A stretch of DNA of 64,000 bases from Chloroherpetonaceae bacterium (lineage in GTDB: Bacteria; Bacteroidota; Chlorobiia; Chlorobiales; Thermochlorobacteraceae): positions 309 to 64,308 of the forward strand of contig JANWWM010000084.1 in the NCBI GenBank assembly GCA_025055975.1, read 5' to 3'. The notes beneath the pieces were generated by a model that saw only the letters and a list, made by a program, of their open reading frames with translations, had not been told where the DNA came from and made no database searches. Shown piece after piece: positions 10,121 through 19,219 of the stretch. A program made the position numbers and the translations under genes. Position 1 is the stretch's first letter, and each line of letters begins with the position of its first letter.

Positions 10121-10890
10121 CGGCGAGGATTGGTTGAGATTCCAAACTTGGCTCGAAGCTCGTCGAACCAACGATTGACCGACGGCGCGCCTTCGACGAT
10201 TGTTTCAAACGAGCCGAACTCGCGCGCCATCACGAGCGATTTGAGTTCGTCCAGATGCGTTTCGGTTTCGCGTTCCATTTCGCTCGTTAGCGATTTCGGA
10301 TTCGGAAAGGTCTCTTTCGTTAGTCGGCGCGGCTCTCGAAACGAGATGAACAGTTCGGGCTTTTGCTCTTCGATGTGGTCGATGCGCGTAACGGCGGAGC
10401 AAAGATAAATCGCGGGCGCGCGTCGCAAAACTTTTTCGGCGATTTTCGCCGCGCCCGAAAAAAATTTGAGCGGTCGCTTGTCGACATGCTCAATGACGCC
10501 TTGCGGAAAAATCCAAAGCGCGTTTTGCTTCTCGGACGGTTCGGCAAGCTTCTCGGCGGCGTAATCGAGGCTGCGCATCGCTTCGCGCGGATTTTCGCGC
10601 TCGATGGAAAAGGCTCCCAAGCGCGTGAAAAATCGGTAGCGAACCAATTGCTTGTATTCGATGACGATGTAGAGGTTCTGTTTGAAGTAGGTTTCCGAGA
10701 GCAATTGCGACCAAAAGCCGTCCCACCAATACGAATGATTGAGGTAGAAAATGATGGGCGTTTTCAAGTCCATTGACGCGAGCGCCCTTGCGCCCCTGAC
10801 GCGCACTTTGTCGAAGTGCTTTTCAAACGCGCGGCGCGCATACCAACGAAACCACGCTTCGTAGAGCGCGCTACGACGAACCGTCAGCAT
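10117..10890 (-). CDS. Lysophospholipid/PlsC-family acyltransferase (possibly CruD-like)
   Basis: NHSYWWDG (HX4D) and IFPQG motifs. Confidence 0.85.
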   Translation of the reverse strand: MLTVRRSALYEAWFRWYARRAFEKHFDKVRVRGARALASMDLKTPIIFYLNHSYWWDGFWSQLLSETYFKQNLYIVIEYKQLVRYRFFTRLGAFSIERENPREAMRSLDYAAEKLAEPSEKQNALWIFPQGVIEHVDKRPLKFFSGAAKIAEKVLRRAPAIYLCSAVTRIDHIEEQKPELFISFREPRRLTKETFPNPKSLTSEMERETETHLDELKSLVMAREFGSFETIVEGAPSVNRWFDELRAKFGISTNPRR

Positions 10891-10936
10891 TCCGTCTTGA
10901 CGAGGTTTTGGAATTGCGGCGACGCTTGACGCGCCC

Positions 10937-12526
10937 TCAATTCAGAACCAAAATTTTGCCGTAAATCGTCTCTTGCCCCTTGACCTCGATGGCGTAGAAA
11001 TACGCGCCGTTGGGGACTTTGCCGCCCGCGTCGGTTTTGCCGTTCCAAGAGTCCTCTTCTTCTCGGTCGCCTCGTCGGAACTGCGATTTGACGGGCGTTG
11101 CGACGACATTCATCGCAAAGTCCAAAATGCGAATCGTAACCGCTCCGTCCGCCGCGAGTTTGTAGCGAATGCGGACTTGCCCATCAAGGTTTGGCGCGAA
11201 GGGATTGGGATAAGCGTAGGCGCGGCTTTCGCTCGGAACGGGCTTGTTGGCGCGAAGGATCGTCCAATCGCTCCCGCCGTTGTCGGAAATCGCCGTGCCA
11301 TCCGCCGTGCCGACCCACAAGCGTTTGCCGCCCGTTGAAAGCGCCTGAACGAAACCGCCGTAGAACTCCGCCGATGCGCCGATGAAACGGCGCGGATTGC
11401 TTTTGTCGATGAGATTGCGCTTGTTGAGCCAAGTTCTGCCGTTGTCGGCGGAGACGAAGAGACCGTTTGAGCCAACGGCATAGACCGTGTCGCCGTTGAA
11501 GGCAAAGTCGTAGATGCGCTCGTTTTCCAGAGCGGTTTGCCAAGTTCTGCCGTTGTCGCTCGTGAAGGAAACGCCGAAGCGTTCCGCGTTGTCTTCGGCG
11601 CGCCACGACGCGAGCCAAATCGTCGTGTCGTTTGAGGTCAGTTGTTCGCGGATGGCGATGATCCAATTTCCCGTCAGCCCGCTGAATCGGCGATTGAACT
11701 TCGTCCAAGAGGGATAGAGCGAATCGGCTTCGGTGGTTCGGCAAACGCCGTCGACCGTGCCGCACCAAACCGAGCCATCGGACGCGGCAAGAACGGAAAA
11801 GCCAAGAAACGTGAGTTCGCCCCTTGCGCCGCGTCGCGGTTCGAGAGCGAAGCGGAGCGTATCGGTTGGCTTGATGCTTCGAACGTTGTCGGGCGGCAGC
11901 GCGATGCGTTGCCACGACGCGCCGTTGTTGGTCGTGCGCCGAATGCCGCCTGACCACGTGGCGACCCAAACGCTTCCTTGCGGTTGCGTTGGCGATGGCT
12001 TGCGAATCGAGAGGCTATAAATCACGTTTTGTTGCGGCACGATGATGGGCAAGGCTTTGAGCGCGTTGATGCCGTAGATTTCGATCGTGTCGGTCGGGCG
12101 GTCGAGCGGTTGCGCGCGTTCCGTCCAAGTTCTGCCGCCGTCGAGCGAGAAAATCAGCCCGTCGCCCGTTGGCTGTCCGTCGCGCCGCGTAGATGTCGCC
12201 GCCCAAATCACGTCGCCCAGAACCGCAAGGCTCTGAACCCCCTGCCTGTTGAAGCGCGGAAACTCCGCGACGGCGCGAAATTGAAGCGACGTGTCCGAAA
12301 CCACGTTCAAGCCGCCGAGCGTGCCGAGCCACAGTTCGCCTCGCGCCTCGTTGAAGCCAAAGTAACTGACGATGTTCGAACTTGGGTTCGAGGACGGCGC
12401 AGAGAGCGTCAGCGATTGCGCGCCTCGCTTTTCGTATTTGGGCGCAACCAAAGGCTGCGCCATCGCCATCGGCGAGACCAAGAGAAAAATCCAACAATGT
12501 CTCCAAAGCATTTTGGCGGCGCTCAC
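10937..12526 (-). CDS. Secreted beta-propeller protein with BNR/Asp-box repeats and C-terminal FlgD-Ig/T9SS-type domain
   Basis: Signal peptide; SLDGGRTW, TSDNGRTW, SADNGRTW, SDNGGSDW repeats; C-terminal YPNPF...WNGK...NGAYFY...KILVLN. Confidence 0.8.
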   Translation of the reverse strand: MSAAKMLWRHCWIFLLVSPMAMAQPLVAPKYEKRGAQSLTLSAPSSNPSSNIVSYFGFNEARGELWLGTLGGLNVVSDTSLQFRAVAEFPRFNRQGVQSLAVLGDVIWAATSTRRDGQPTGDGLIFSLDGGRTWTERAQPLDRPTDTIEIYGINALKALPIIVPQQNVIYSLSIRKPSPTQPQGSVWVATWSGGIRRTTNNGASWQRIALPPDNVRSIKPTDTLRFALEPRRGARGELTFLGFSVLAASDGSVWCGTVDGVCRTTEADSLYPSWTKFNRRFSGLTGNWIIAIREQLTSNDTTIWLASWRAEDNAERFGVSFTSDNGRTWQTALENERIYDFAFNGDTVYAVGSNGLFVSADNGRTWLNKRNLIDKSNPRRFIGASAEFYGGFVQALSTGGKRLWVGTADGTAISDNGGSDWTILRANKPVPSESRAYAYPNPFAPNLDGQVRIRYKLAADGAVTIRILDFAMNVVATPVKSQFRRGDREEEDSWNGKTDAGGKVPNGAYFYAIEVKGQETIYGKILVLN

Positions 12527-12834
12527 TCGAATTTTTTGGGCTTTGGCGCGTAAGGCTTCGCGGGGGGTCGCTCCTCGAACTTCTTCTGCTCGAACTTCCT
12601 TTTGCGGTCGGTTACGATGATGGTTACCTCGATTTCGTCTTCGTCATAGCCCGACGCTTTGGCGGCGTTGATGACGGCTTGATACGCGCTCTCGCTGAGC
12701 AAAGGCTTGAGCGTGCCCGTCGTTTTGAAGAAGAACGATTCGGCTTTGAAGACTTTGGCGGAATCTTGCGCGAAAGCCCAGAACGCCGCGCCAAGACAAG
12801 CGAAAAGCGAGCCAAAAAACAATCCGCGACGCAT
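12523..12834 (-). CDS. Small exported hypothetical protein
   Basis: Signal peptide (AWA/AFA-type cleavage); 4-nt overlap with downstream gene. Confidence 0.6.
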   Translation of the reverse strand: MRRGLFFGSLFACLGAAFWAFAQDSAKVFKAESFFFKTTGTLKPLLSESAYQAVINAAKASGYDEDEIEVTIIVTDRKRKFEQKKFEERPPAKPYAPKPKKFE

Positions 12835-12851
12835 CGTTGGAGGGGTTTTGA

Positions 12852-13730
12852 TTATCCAAGAACTTGCCGCGAAAAGTAAGCAATCGCCGCAAATGAGGCA
12901 AACAAGAGCAGCGCCAGCACGATGGTCATGTCGCTAATCCACCGCGCCGCTTCGGGTCGGTCGTCTTGATACGAACTGGCGATGAACATCACGGCGAGAT
13001 TGTTCGAGAGCAGAAAGTACGTGCATTGCGGCAAAACGCCGTTGAAGGTAACGAGAAACAGCGCCATGCCCGATAGCGCGCTGCTGACGACGAGAAAAAC
13101 CTTCGTGCGCCACAGCGAAAACGTGTTGGCGATGGTTTTGATGCCCGCCACCAAATCGCCCTTTCGGTCCCGAATGTCCCACATCACCTCGATGAAAAAC
13201 GCGCAGATGAAAATGTAGCCCCAACAAATCCACGCTTTGAGCGATGGCGTTTCGCCCGCGAAGAGAAGCGGCAAAACGACCATCGCCGTCGCCCAATCCA
13301 CTGGCGGCGCGAGATTTTTGACGACATACATATCCTTCAACCTGCGCGCGCCGCCAAGCCGCTTGGCGAGAAAATCGGGAAAGCATTTTTGATTGTAGAG
13401 AAATCCAACGAGCGCGATGAACAGCGTCGCCCCAAACGCCACCCCGCCGAAAAACAGCGAAATGAAGAGCGCCAAAACCGTCAGCGCGTAAAAAAACACG
13501 TTCTCGATCAAAAACGACGCTTGCCTTGCGCAATTCAGCCCGTCGGGATTGTTAATCGCGTCTTCCACATCGTCGGTTAGACGGTTGTATTGGTATATCG
13601 AGAAGGTTAGCAGAAACACGACCAAGACGCACCATGCATTTACCTCGATGCCGAAATACAGCGACCACATCGCCGCTCCAAGCGCGGAAAGCAGGGAAAG
13701 GTGAATTTTATTTCGGAAAAGATAGTTCAT
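12852..13730 (-). CDS. UbiA-family prenyltransferase
   Basis: Multi-TM protein with Asp-rich motifs [10 protein letters not shown] and WDIRDRKGD; start at MNYLF. Confidence 0.85.
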   Translation of the reverse strand: MNYLFRNKIHLSLLSALGAAMWSLYFGIEVNAWCVLVVFLLTFSIYQYNRLTDDVEDAINNPDGLNCARQASFLIENVFFYALTVLALFISLFFGGVAFGATLFIALVGFLYNQKCFPDFLAKRLGGARRLKDMYVVKNLAPPVDWATAMVVLPLLFAGETPSLKAWICWGYIFICAFFIEVMWDIRDRKGDLVAGIKTIANTFSLWRTKVFLVVSSALSGMALFLVTFNGVLPQCTYFLLSNNLAVMFIASSYQDDRPEAARWISDMTIVLALLLFASFAAIAYFSRQVLG

Positions 13731-13848
13731 TCGAAGCGCGGGTTTTTTTGGACTGCGGCGAAACGTAGCGCCCGCGCCGCGCATTTACAACTCGCGCAAA
13801 TGGCGTATATTCGCCTCGATTTTCAATCGAAACCAATTTGACGCAAGC

Positions 13849-14154
13849 ATGAACAAGCTCTATCCGACTTCCGCGACATCGATTTTCACGCAGGAAAAAG
13901 AGAGCGACATCGACACCATCACCGACGAGCCGTTCAAGGTCGTTCTCTTCAACGACGATTATCACACCTTCGAGGAAGTCATCAACCAAATCATCAAGGC
14001 GACGCGCTGCAGCCGCTCAAAAGCCGAAGCGCTCACGTGGGAAGTGCACAACAAGGGCAAATCCATCGTCTTCGATGGTTCAATGGAAGAGTGCCTGCGC
14101 GTCAGCTCCATCTTGGAAGAAATCCGCTTGAAGACGGAAATCCAAACTTGTTAG
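13849..14154 (+). CDS. clpS: ATP-dependent Clp protease adaptor ClpS
   Basis: [15 protein letters not shown]...EVHNKG. Confidence 0.92.
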   Translation: MNKLYPTSATSIFTQEKESDIDTITDEPFKVVLFNDDYHTFEEVINQIIKATRCSRSKAEALTWEVHNKGKSIVFDGSMEECLRVSSILEEIRLKTEIQTC

Positions 14155-14255
14155 AGCGCGTCGGCAAGACTGCGCGGCATCCGTTCCAACGCTCCCCGCA
14201 ACGTCTAACAAGCGGAGCGCAAAATCCGCCTTCGCGGAAAAGAGCGCGGTCCATT

Positions 14256-14312
14256 ATTCGCAATTGACGGTTCGCAATTCGCAATCTCTTCGCCTCGCCG
14301 CGCTCGGAACGA
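14256..14312. repeat. Degenerate REP-like repeat copy with tandem ttcgcaat units
   Basis: attcgcaattgacggttcgcaattcgcaatct...cgcgctcggaacga; shares gcgctcggaacga with the copy at 59601-59626. Confidence 0.5.
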
Positions 14313-14393
14313 TGGGCAAGAGGACTTGGAACGACGAGCGAAGGCTTGAAATGGCGAGCGATGTCGCCCTCGATGCGTCTCGTTTGAGGCTTT

Positions 14394-15485
14394 CTACTTC
14401 AAACGCGCTTTCAAGGCGGCAATGCGCCGATAGGCTTCTTCGACGCGCTCCCGTTTGACTTCTCCGCGCTCAATGAGCCTTTTGACGATGGCGATGGCTT
14501 TCGCGGCGATTTGCTCGTCGTAGTCGAGATTGTTTCCGAAAATGAACATATCCACGCCCGCGTTCAAGGCGAGTTTGAGCGCTTGTTCCAAGCCGTAGCG
14601 CGCCGCAATGGCTTTCATCTGCATATCGTCGGAGCATACCACGCCGTCGAAGCCCATTTCGTTTCGGAGCATGTCTTGAATCGCCTTGCGCGAAAGCGTC
14701 GCGGGAAGCGTGTCCCATTTCGCGTTGAGAATGTGCGCCGTCATCACCATATCGGCTCTGCCTTGGGAAATCAAGGCTTGAAACGGCTTCAGCTCGATGG
14801 GGCGCCACGCGTCCGTAACGTCCGCGAACTCCCAATGCGGATCGTTTTTGAGAGAGCCGTAACTTGGAAAATGCTTGACGCACGTGAGCACGTTCTTGGC
14901 GCGGTGCGCGTTGATGACTTCGGTTGCGAACAAGACGACGCTATCGGGGTTCGAAGAAAAACTGCGCTCAACCTTGCCGATGGCGGGATTTTGCGGATTG
15001 ACATTCACGTCGCACACGGGCGCAAGGTTCAAGTTGACGCCGAGATCCGAAAGCAAACTTGCCGTTTGAGTCGCGTAGAAGCGCGCCGAATCGAGCGAGC
15101 CGAGCTGACCAAGATAGCCCGCCGAAACCGTCGGCGGAAACCCGTATTTGGGCTTCAAGCGATTGACCTTGCCACCCTCTTCGTCGATTGAGATGAGCAG
15201 TTTCGTTTTGGCGTAGGATTGAAGCGCGGCGCAAAGCGACTTGACCTGCGTGGGCGATTGAACGTTTCTGCCCGATTGTTTGAGAACGACGTCGTATTCG
15301 AAGAGAATCACGCCGCCCAGATGCCGTCGCTGAATGTCTTGAACGATGGGACTTTGCTCGGAAACGGCAACGCCGCGAAAGCCTACGATGAACAGTTGCC
15401 CGATTTTGAAGTCGAGGCTGTCAATCGGCTTCGCGGCGAGCGGCAAGCAAATGAAGAGCGCAAGCCCTATTGGCAGGCGTTTCAT
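14394..15485 (-). CDS. Glycoside hydrolase family 3, NagZ-like beta-N-acetylhexosaminidase
   Basis: IDEEGGKVNRL, NLAPVCD, KHFPSYG...DPH, SDDMQM; signal peptide. Confidence 0.88.
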   Translation of the reverse strand: MKRLPIGLALFICLPLAAKPIDSLDFKIGQLFIVGFRGVAVSEQSPIVQDIQRRHLGGVILFEYDVVLKQSGRNVQSPTQVKSLCAALQSYAKTKLLISIDEEGGKVNRLKPKYGFPPTVSAGYLGQLGSLDSARFYATQTASLLSDLGVNLNLAPVCDVNVNPQNPAIGKVERSFSSNPDSVVLFATEVINAHRAKNVLTCVKHFPSYGSLKNDPHWEFADVTDAWRPIELKPFQALISQGRADMVMTAHILNAKWDTLPATLSRKAIQDMLRNEMGFDGVVCSDDMQMKAIAARYGLEQALKLALNAGVDMFIFGNNLDYDEQIAAKAIAIVKRLIERGEVKRERVEEAYRRIAALKARLK

Positions 15486-15490
15486 CGCGG

Positions 15491-16468
15491 TTAGTAAGTT
15501 TTTCTCGCGGCGAGCAGTTCGCGCACGCGGGCAAGGGCTTCATCGAGCGAAGCCGCAGGCTTGTCTCGAATCGCATCGACCACGCCCATATAGCGTTTGG
15601 GATTGACATCGGCGCGTCCTGCGATTTCGTCGTGCCGCGAAATCGCCAGTTCTATGGCGCTTTTGAGCAATTGGCGTTGGAACGGCTTGATGAGATAGCG
15701 GAAAATTTGCACCTCATTGATGAGACGAATCGCTATCGAAGCGTCGCGGCTATCGGAAAGCAAGATGGAGACCACGTCGGGATATGAAGCGCTCACGGCG
15801 GCAAGAAAATCCACCGCGCTCGTCGCGCCCAAATTCACTTCCGTAATCAGCACGTCAATCGGTCTGATTTTCAAGATCGCGAAAGCGTCTTGGGCGTTGA
15901 GCGCCGTGTGAACCGCGTAGCTTGACGCGAGCAAATCTTTGTAGGCTTGAAGATTGGCGGGATTCGGGTCGACGAAAAGCAAGTGATGCTCGCTCGCGCC
16001 CGTCGCGCTGGTCGGCACGCCAAGCGCCGAAAGCACCCCTGCCGACGGAGGCGCGGAGGCGATTTTGCTCGCGGGCGATGGCGGCGGCGCGTTCTTCAAT
16101 CGGTCGGAAAATTGACATGCCAGCGCGACCGTGTCTTTGAGTTTGGCGCTGTTCCAAGGCTTGTTGATGTAGCGGAAAATTTCGCCCGCGTTTACGGAAT
16201 CGATAATCGCGTCAAGATCGCTGTATCCCGTAAGCAAAATGCGCACCGTGTTCGGCGAAAGTTCCTTGACCTTCTGCAACAGCTCCACGCCCGTCATCAT
16301 CGGCATCCGTTGGTCGCTCACGATGACGTCGGGAACGTTTCCGTTTCGGAAGTATTTCAACGCCTCCTCGCCGCTCGTCGCCGTGAGCACGTCGTAGTCG
16401 TCAAACAGAAGGCTCAGCGATTGAACGATATTGGGTTCGTCATCGACGAATAAAACTTTGTGTGGCAT
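15491..16468 (-). CDS. Response regulator with REC plus pseudo-REC domains
   Basis: First domain VDDE...SDQRMP...KPW; second domain LFVDPNP...ITEVNL...IKPF. Confidence 0.88.
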   Translation of the reverse strand: MPHKVLFVDDEPNIVQSLSLLFDDYDVLTATSGEEALKYFRNGNVPDVIVSDQRMPMMTGVELLQKVKELSPNTVRILLTGYSDLDAIIDSVNAGEIFRYINKPWNSAKLKDTVALACQFSDRLKNAPPPSPASKIASAPPSAGVLSALGVPTSATGASEHHLLFVDPNPANLQAYKDLLASSYAVHTALNAQDAFAILKIRPIDVLITEVNLGATSAVDFLAAVSASYPDVVSILLSDSRDASIAIRLINEVQIFRYLIKPFQRQLLKSAIELAISRHDEIAGRADVNPKRYMGVVDAIRDKPAASLDEALARVRELLAARKTY

Positions 16469-16535
16469 CGTTTTCAGCGGTTTTAACGTTTCTGAAAGCA
16501 GATTCGCCGTTGCGATTTGGTCGGAAAAGAGCGGG

Positions 16536-16550
16536 GCAAATTTAATGCCA
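16536..16550 (-). promoter_or_regulatory. Putative sigma54 (-24/-12) promoter
   Basis: Minus strand TGGCATTAAATTTGC matches TGGCA-N6-TTGC with correct GG/GC spacing, 67 nt upstream of the 16468 start. Confidence 0.6.
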
Positions 16551-16565
16551 ATTGCGAGAAAAAAA

Positions 16566-17672
16566 TCACTTCACGACGCTTTGAATGAATCCGCCGCCCA
16601 GAACTTCGTCGCCATCGTAAAAAACGACCGCTTGACCGGGCGTGATGGCGCGCTTGGGCTGGTCGAATTTCACCAAGACTGTTCCATTTTTTTCACGGCT
16701 CACGACGCACGGCTCGGGCTTATCCTTGTAGCGAATCTTCGCTTCGCACCGAATCGGCTCTGAAAGTTCCGCGAAGCGAATCCAATTGACCTCTTCGGCG
16801 ATGAGCGCGTCGTGAAGCAAGTCTTCGTCCCTGCCGACGACGATCGTGTTCGTTTCGTAGCGAATCTCCGTTACATAAACGGGTTCGGGCGCGCTGATGC
16901 CAAGCCCCTTGCGTTGTCCGATCGTGTAGAAGGGATAGCCACGATGACGCCCCAGCACGTTGCCGTCTTTGTCGATCACGACGCCGCCTGAGACTCGTTC
17001 TTCCAAGTTTGGAATGGTCTCTTTGAGGAATCGCTCGTAGTCGTTGTCGGGAATGAAGCAAATTTCGTAGCTCTCGCTTTTGTCGGCGACCTTCAAGCCG
17101 AATTGGCGCGCCAACTCGCGCACTTCGGGCTTGGTGAGTTCGGCGAGCGGGAAAATCGTATGCGCGAGCGCTTCCTGCGAAATGCCCCACAGCACGTAGC
17201 TTTGGTCTTTGTTGGAATCTTTGCCTTTGAAGAGCCGATAGCGACCGTCGATGTGGCGGACGCGGGCGTAGTGTCCCGTGGCGATGTAGTCCGCGCCCAA
17301 GAGCCTTGCGCGTCGCAAAAGCGAATCCCACTTGACCTTCGTGTTGCACATCACGCACGGATTGGGCGTTCTGCCGCGCAGGTATTCCGCTTTGAAGTAA
17401 TCGATGACGGCTTCGCCGAAGTCGTCGCGGAAGTCGATCGTGTAGTGCGGGAAGCCTTTGGCGACGGCGACGCTGCGCGCGTCGTTGATGGATTCCAACG
17501 AGCAACACCCCGTTTCTTTTTTGGACGATTTGCCCAAGCCCGCCATGTCGTAGTCCCACGTCTTCATCGTGATGCCGATGACCTCGTAGCCTTGCTCGGC
17601 GAGCAAGCATGCCGCCACGCTCGAATCCACGCCGCCCGACATTCCGACGACGACTTTCTTTTTTTCCGTCAT
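16566..17672 (-). CDS. mnmA: tRNA 2-thiouridylase MnmA
   Basis: GMSGGVDSS, TPNPCVMCN, ATGHYA, KDQSY, TPGQAVVFY. Confidence 0.97.
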   Translation of the reverse strand: MTEKKKVVVGMSGGVDSSVAACLLAEQGYEVIGITMKTWDYDMAGLGKSSKKETGCCSLESINDARSVAVAKGFPHYTIDFRDDFGEAVIDYFKAEYLRGRTPNPCVMCNTKVKWDSLLRRARLLGADYIATGHYARVRHIDGRYRLFKGKDSNKDQSYVLWGISQEALAHTIFPLAELTKPEVRELARQFGLKVADKSESYEICFIPDNDYERFLKETIPNLEERVSGGVVIDKDGNVLGRHRGYPFYTIGQRKGLGISAPEPVYVTEIRYETNTIVVGRDEDLLHDALIAEEVNWIRFAELSEPIRCEAKIRYKDKPEPCVVSREKNGTVLVKFDQPKRAITPGQAVVFYDGDEVLGGGFIQSVVK

Positions 17673-17755
17673 TGTTGGCGCCAGTTCGTTTTGGCGACGC
17701 TAACGCTATGAACCCATTGAGCGTTTTCTCGTCGCTTTGATTTGAGCGCGTTTGG

Positions 17756-18514
17756 TTAGGCTTCTTCAAGCAGTTTGCGCGGCGCTTTGATGAGAATCGC
17801 CAAAATCATCACGAAAATCGAAAGCCACGCCGTCCGAGACACGAATTCGCTCGCGTCTTGTTTGAGCGCGATTCCGAGAAACCCCCAAACGACCGCGCCG
17901 ATGAAAAACAAGTCCCAAAATCGCAAGCAGAACCATAACGAGAACAGCGCGAGCGCCGCCAGCATTAACGCCGCCCACGCTTCGGGCGAAAGCCATTGAA
18001 GTTTCCATTTGAGCGACCGAAACAAGGTTGCCCAATTGACGACGGCGAGCGTCGTCGACCATCCGAAAAAGAGCGCGACGGGGGCGCGCGCGAGCCAAAC
18101 CTCGCTGGGCGGGACGGCGACGCGCAATTCCATCGCCATCGCGGCTTTCGCAAACGCCGCCACCATCAGCGTCATCGCCACGGCGCTGGCGAACAGCGCG
18201 CCGTAGCACCATGCCATCGCCCACGCCCCGAAGAGTAGCATCGCCGTCGTCAGATAAAAACGCGACCTGGCAAGACGCTTGTTGACGCGCTGTTTCGGAA
18301 AAAATTGGAACGCGCTCAACGCCGCCATTCCCGCCAAGAGCGGCGCGACCGCGTAGAGCGACCACGGAATCGGCGAAAGATGCGTCGGATAACGTTCGAG
18401 CGGCTCAAACGGCGAACCGCCAAATCTCTCCTCGATCGCAAAGAACGCGACGGCGACCGCGAAACAAACCGAAAGCAATAGAAAAATCTTCGGAAGTTGC
18501 TTTGACGCGCTCAT
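17756..18514 (-). CDS. Trp-rich polytopic membrane protein (TspO-like?)
   Basis: About 7 hydrophobic segments with APVALFFGW and VVWGFLGI motifs; start at MSASK approximate. Confidence 0.55.
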   Translation of the reverse strand: MSASKQLPKIFLLLSVCFAVAVAFFAIEERFGGSPFEPLERYPTHLSPIPWSLYAVAPLLAGMAALSAFQFFPKQRVNKRLARSRFYLTTAMLLFGAWAMAWCYGALFASAVAMTLMVAAFAKAAMAMELRVAVPPSEVWLARAPVALFFGWSTTLAVVNWATLFRSLKWKLQWLSPEAWAALMLAALALFSLWFCLRFWDLFFIGAVVWGFLGIALKQDASEFVSRTAWLSIFVMILAILIKAPRKLLEEA

Positions 18515-18624
18515 TGGGCGACGACGAAACGATGATTCCCCGCAAAGATACGCACAAATGTTTGGGCGATTTTTTATCTTCGTTAAAGATTTCGAACATT
18601 CGCCCATTCAAACTTCATCGCGCC

Positions 18625-19179
18625 TTGAACGCCGACCATCAGCCCGTTTTCGTCGATAACGAAAAATTCGTCGTCGCCATCACGGAATCCGAAATTCAAC
18701 GGCGCGTTCAAGAACTCGGACGCGACATTGAGCGCGACTACGCGGGCAAAACGCCCATTCTCATCGGCTTGCTCAACGGCGCGTTCATCTTCATCGCCGA
18801 CCTCTGCCGCGCCATCGCCGCCATCGATGTCGAAGTCGACTTCTACAAGCTTTCCAGTTATGGCGACGCGAAAATCTCGTCGGGCGACGTCAAACTCCTC
18901 AAAGGCATCGATGCCGACATCAAAGGCAGGCACGTCATCGTCGTCGACGACGTCGTGGATTCGGGTCTTTCGATGAAATTCATCCGCGACGCTCTGCTTC
19001 AACGCGAACCCGCCTCGCTCAAATTCTGCGCGCTTCTGTTCAAGGAAGGCGTTTCCGAACTTGACTTCAAGATCGACTACGTGGGCTTTGCGATTCCGAA
19101 ACATTTTGTCATCGGCTACGGTTTAGATTACAAGCAAAAGAAACGTAACTTGAAATGCGTCTATCGCCTTTCGGCGTAA
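18625..19179 (+). CDS. hpt: Hypoxanthine phosphoribosyltransferase
   Basis: LSSYG, PRPP motif VIVVDDVVDSGLS, FVIGYGLDY; start (TTG) uncertain. Confidence 0.93.
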   Translation: MNADHQPVFVDNEKFVVAITESEIQRRVQELGRDIERDYAGKTPILIGLLNGAFIFIADLCRAIAAIDVEVDFYKLSSYGDAKISSGDVKLLKGIDADIKGRHVIVVDDVVDSGLSMKFIRDALLQREPASLKFCALLFKEGVSELDFKIDYVGFAIPKHFVIGYGLDYKQKKRNLKCVYRLSA

Positions 19180-19219
19180 CTTCACGGCGGCAGTCACGGC
19201 AACCAACTGGCAGTAAACA

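Noticed and set aside
14155-14393. CRISPR array or ncRNA in the repeat-containing gap
   Set aside because: Only short irregular ttcgcaat units, with no constant repeat-spacer period and no cas genes.
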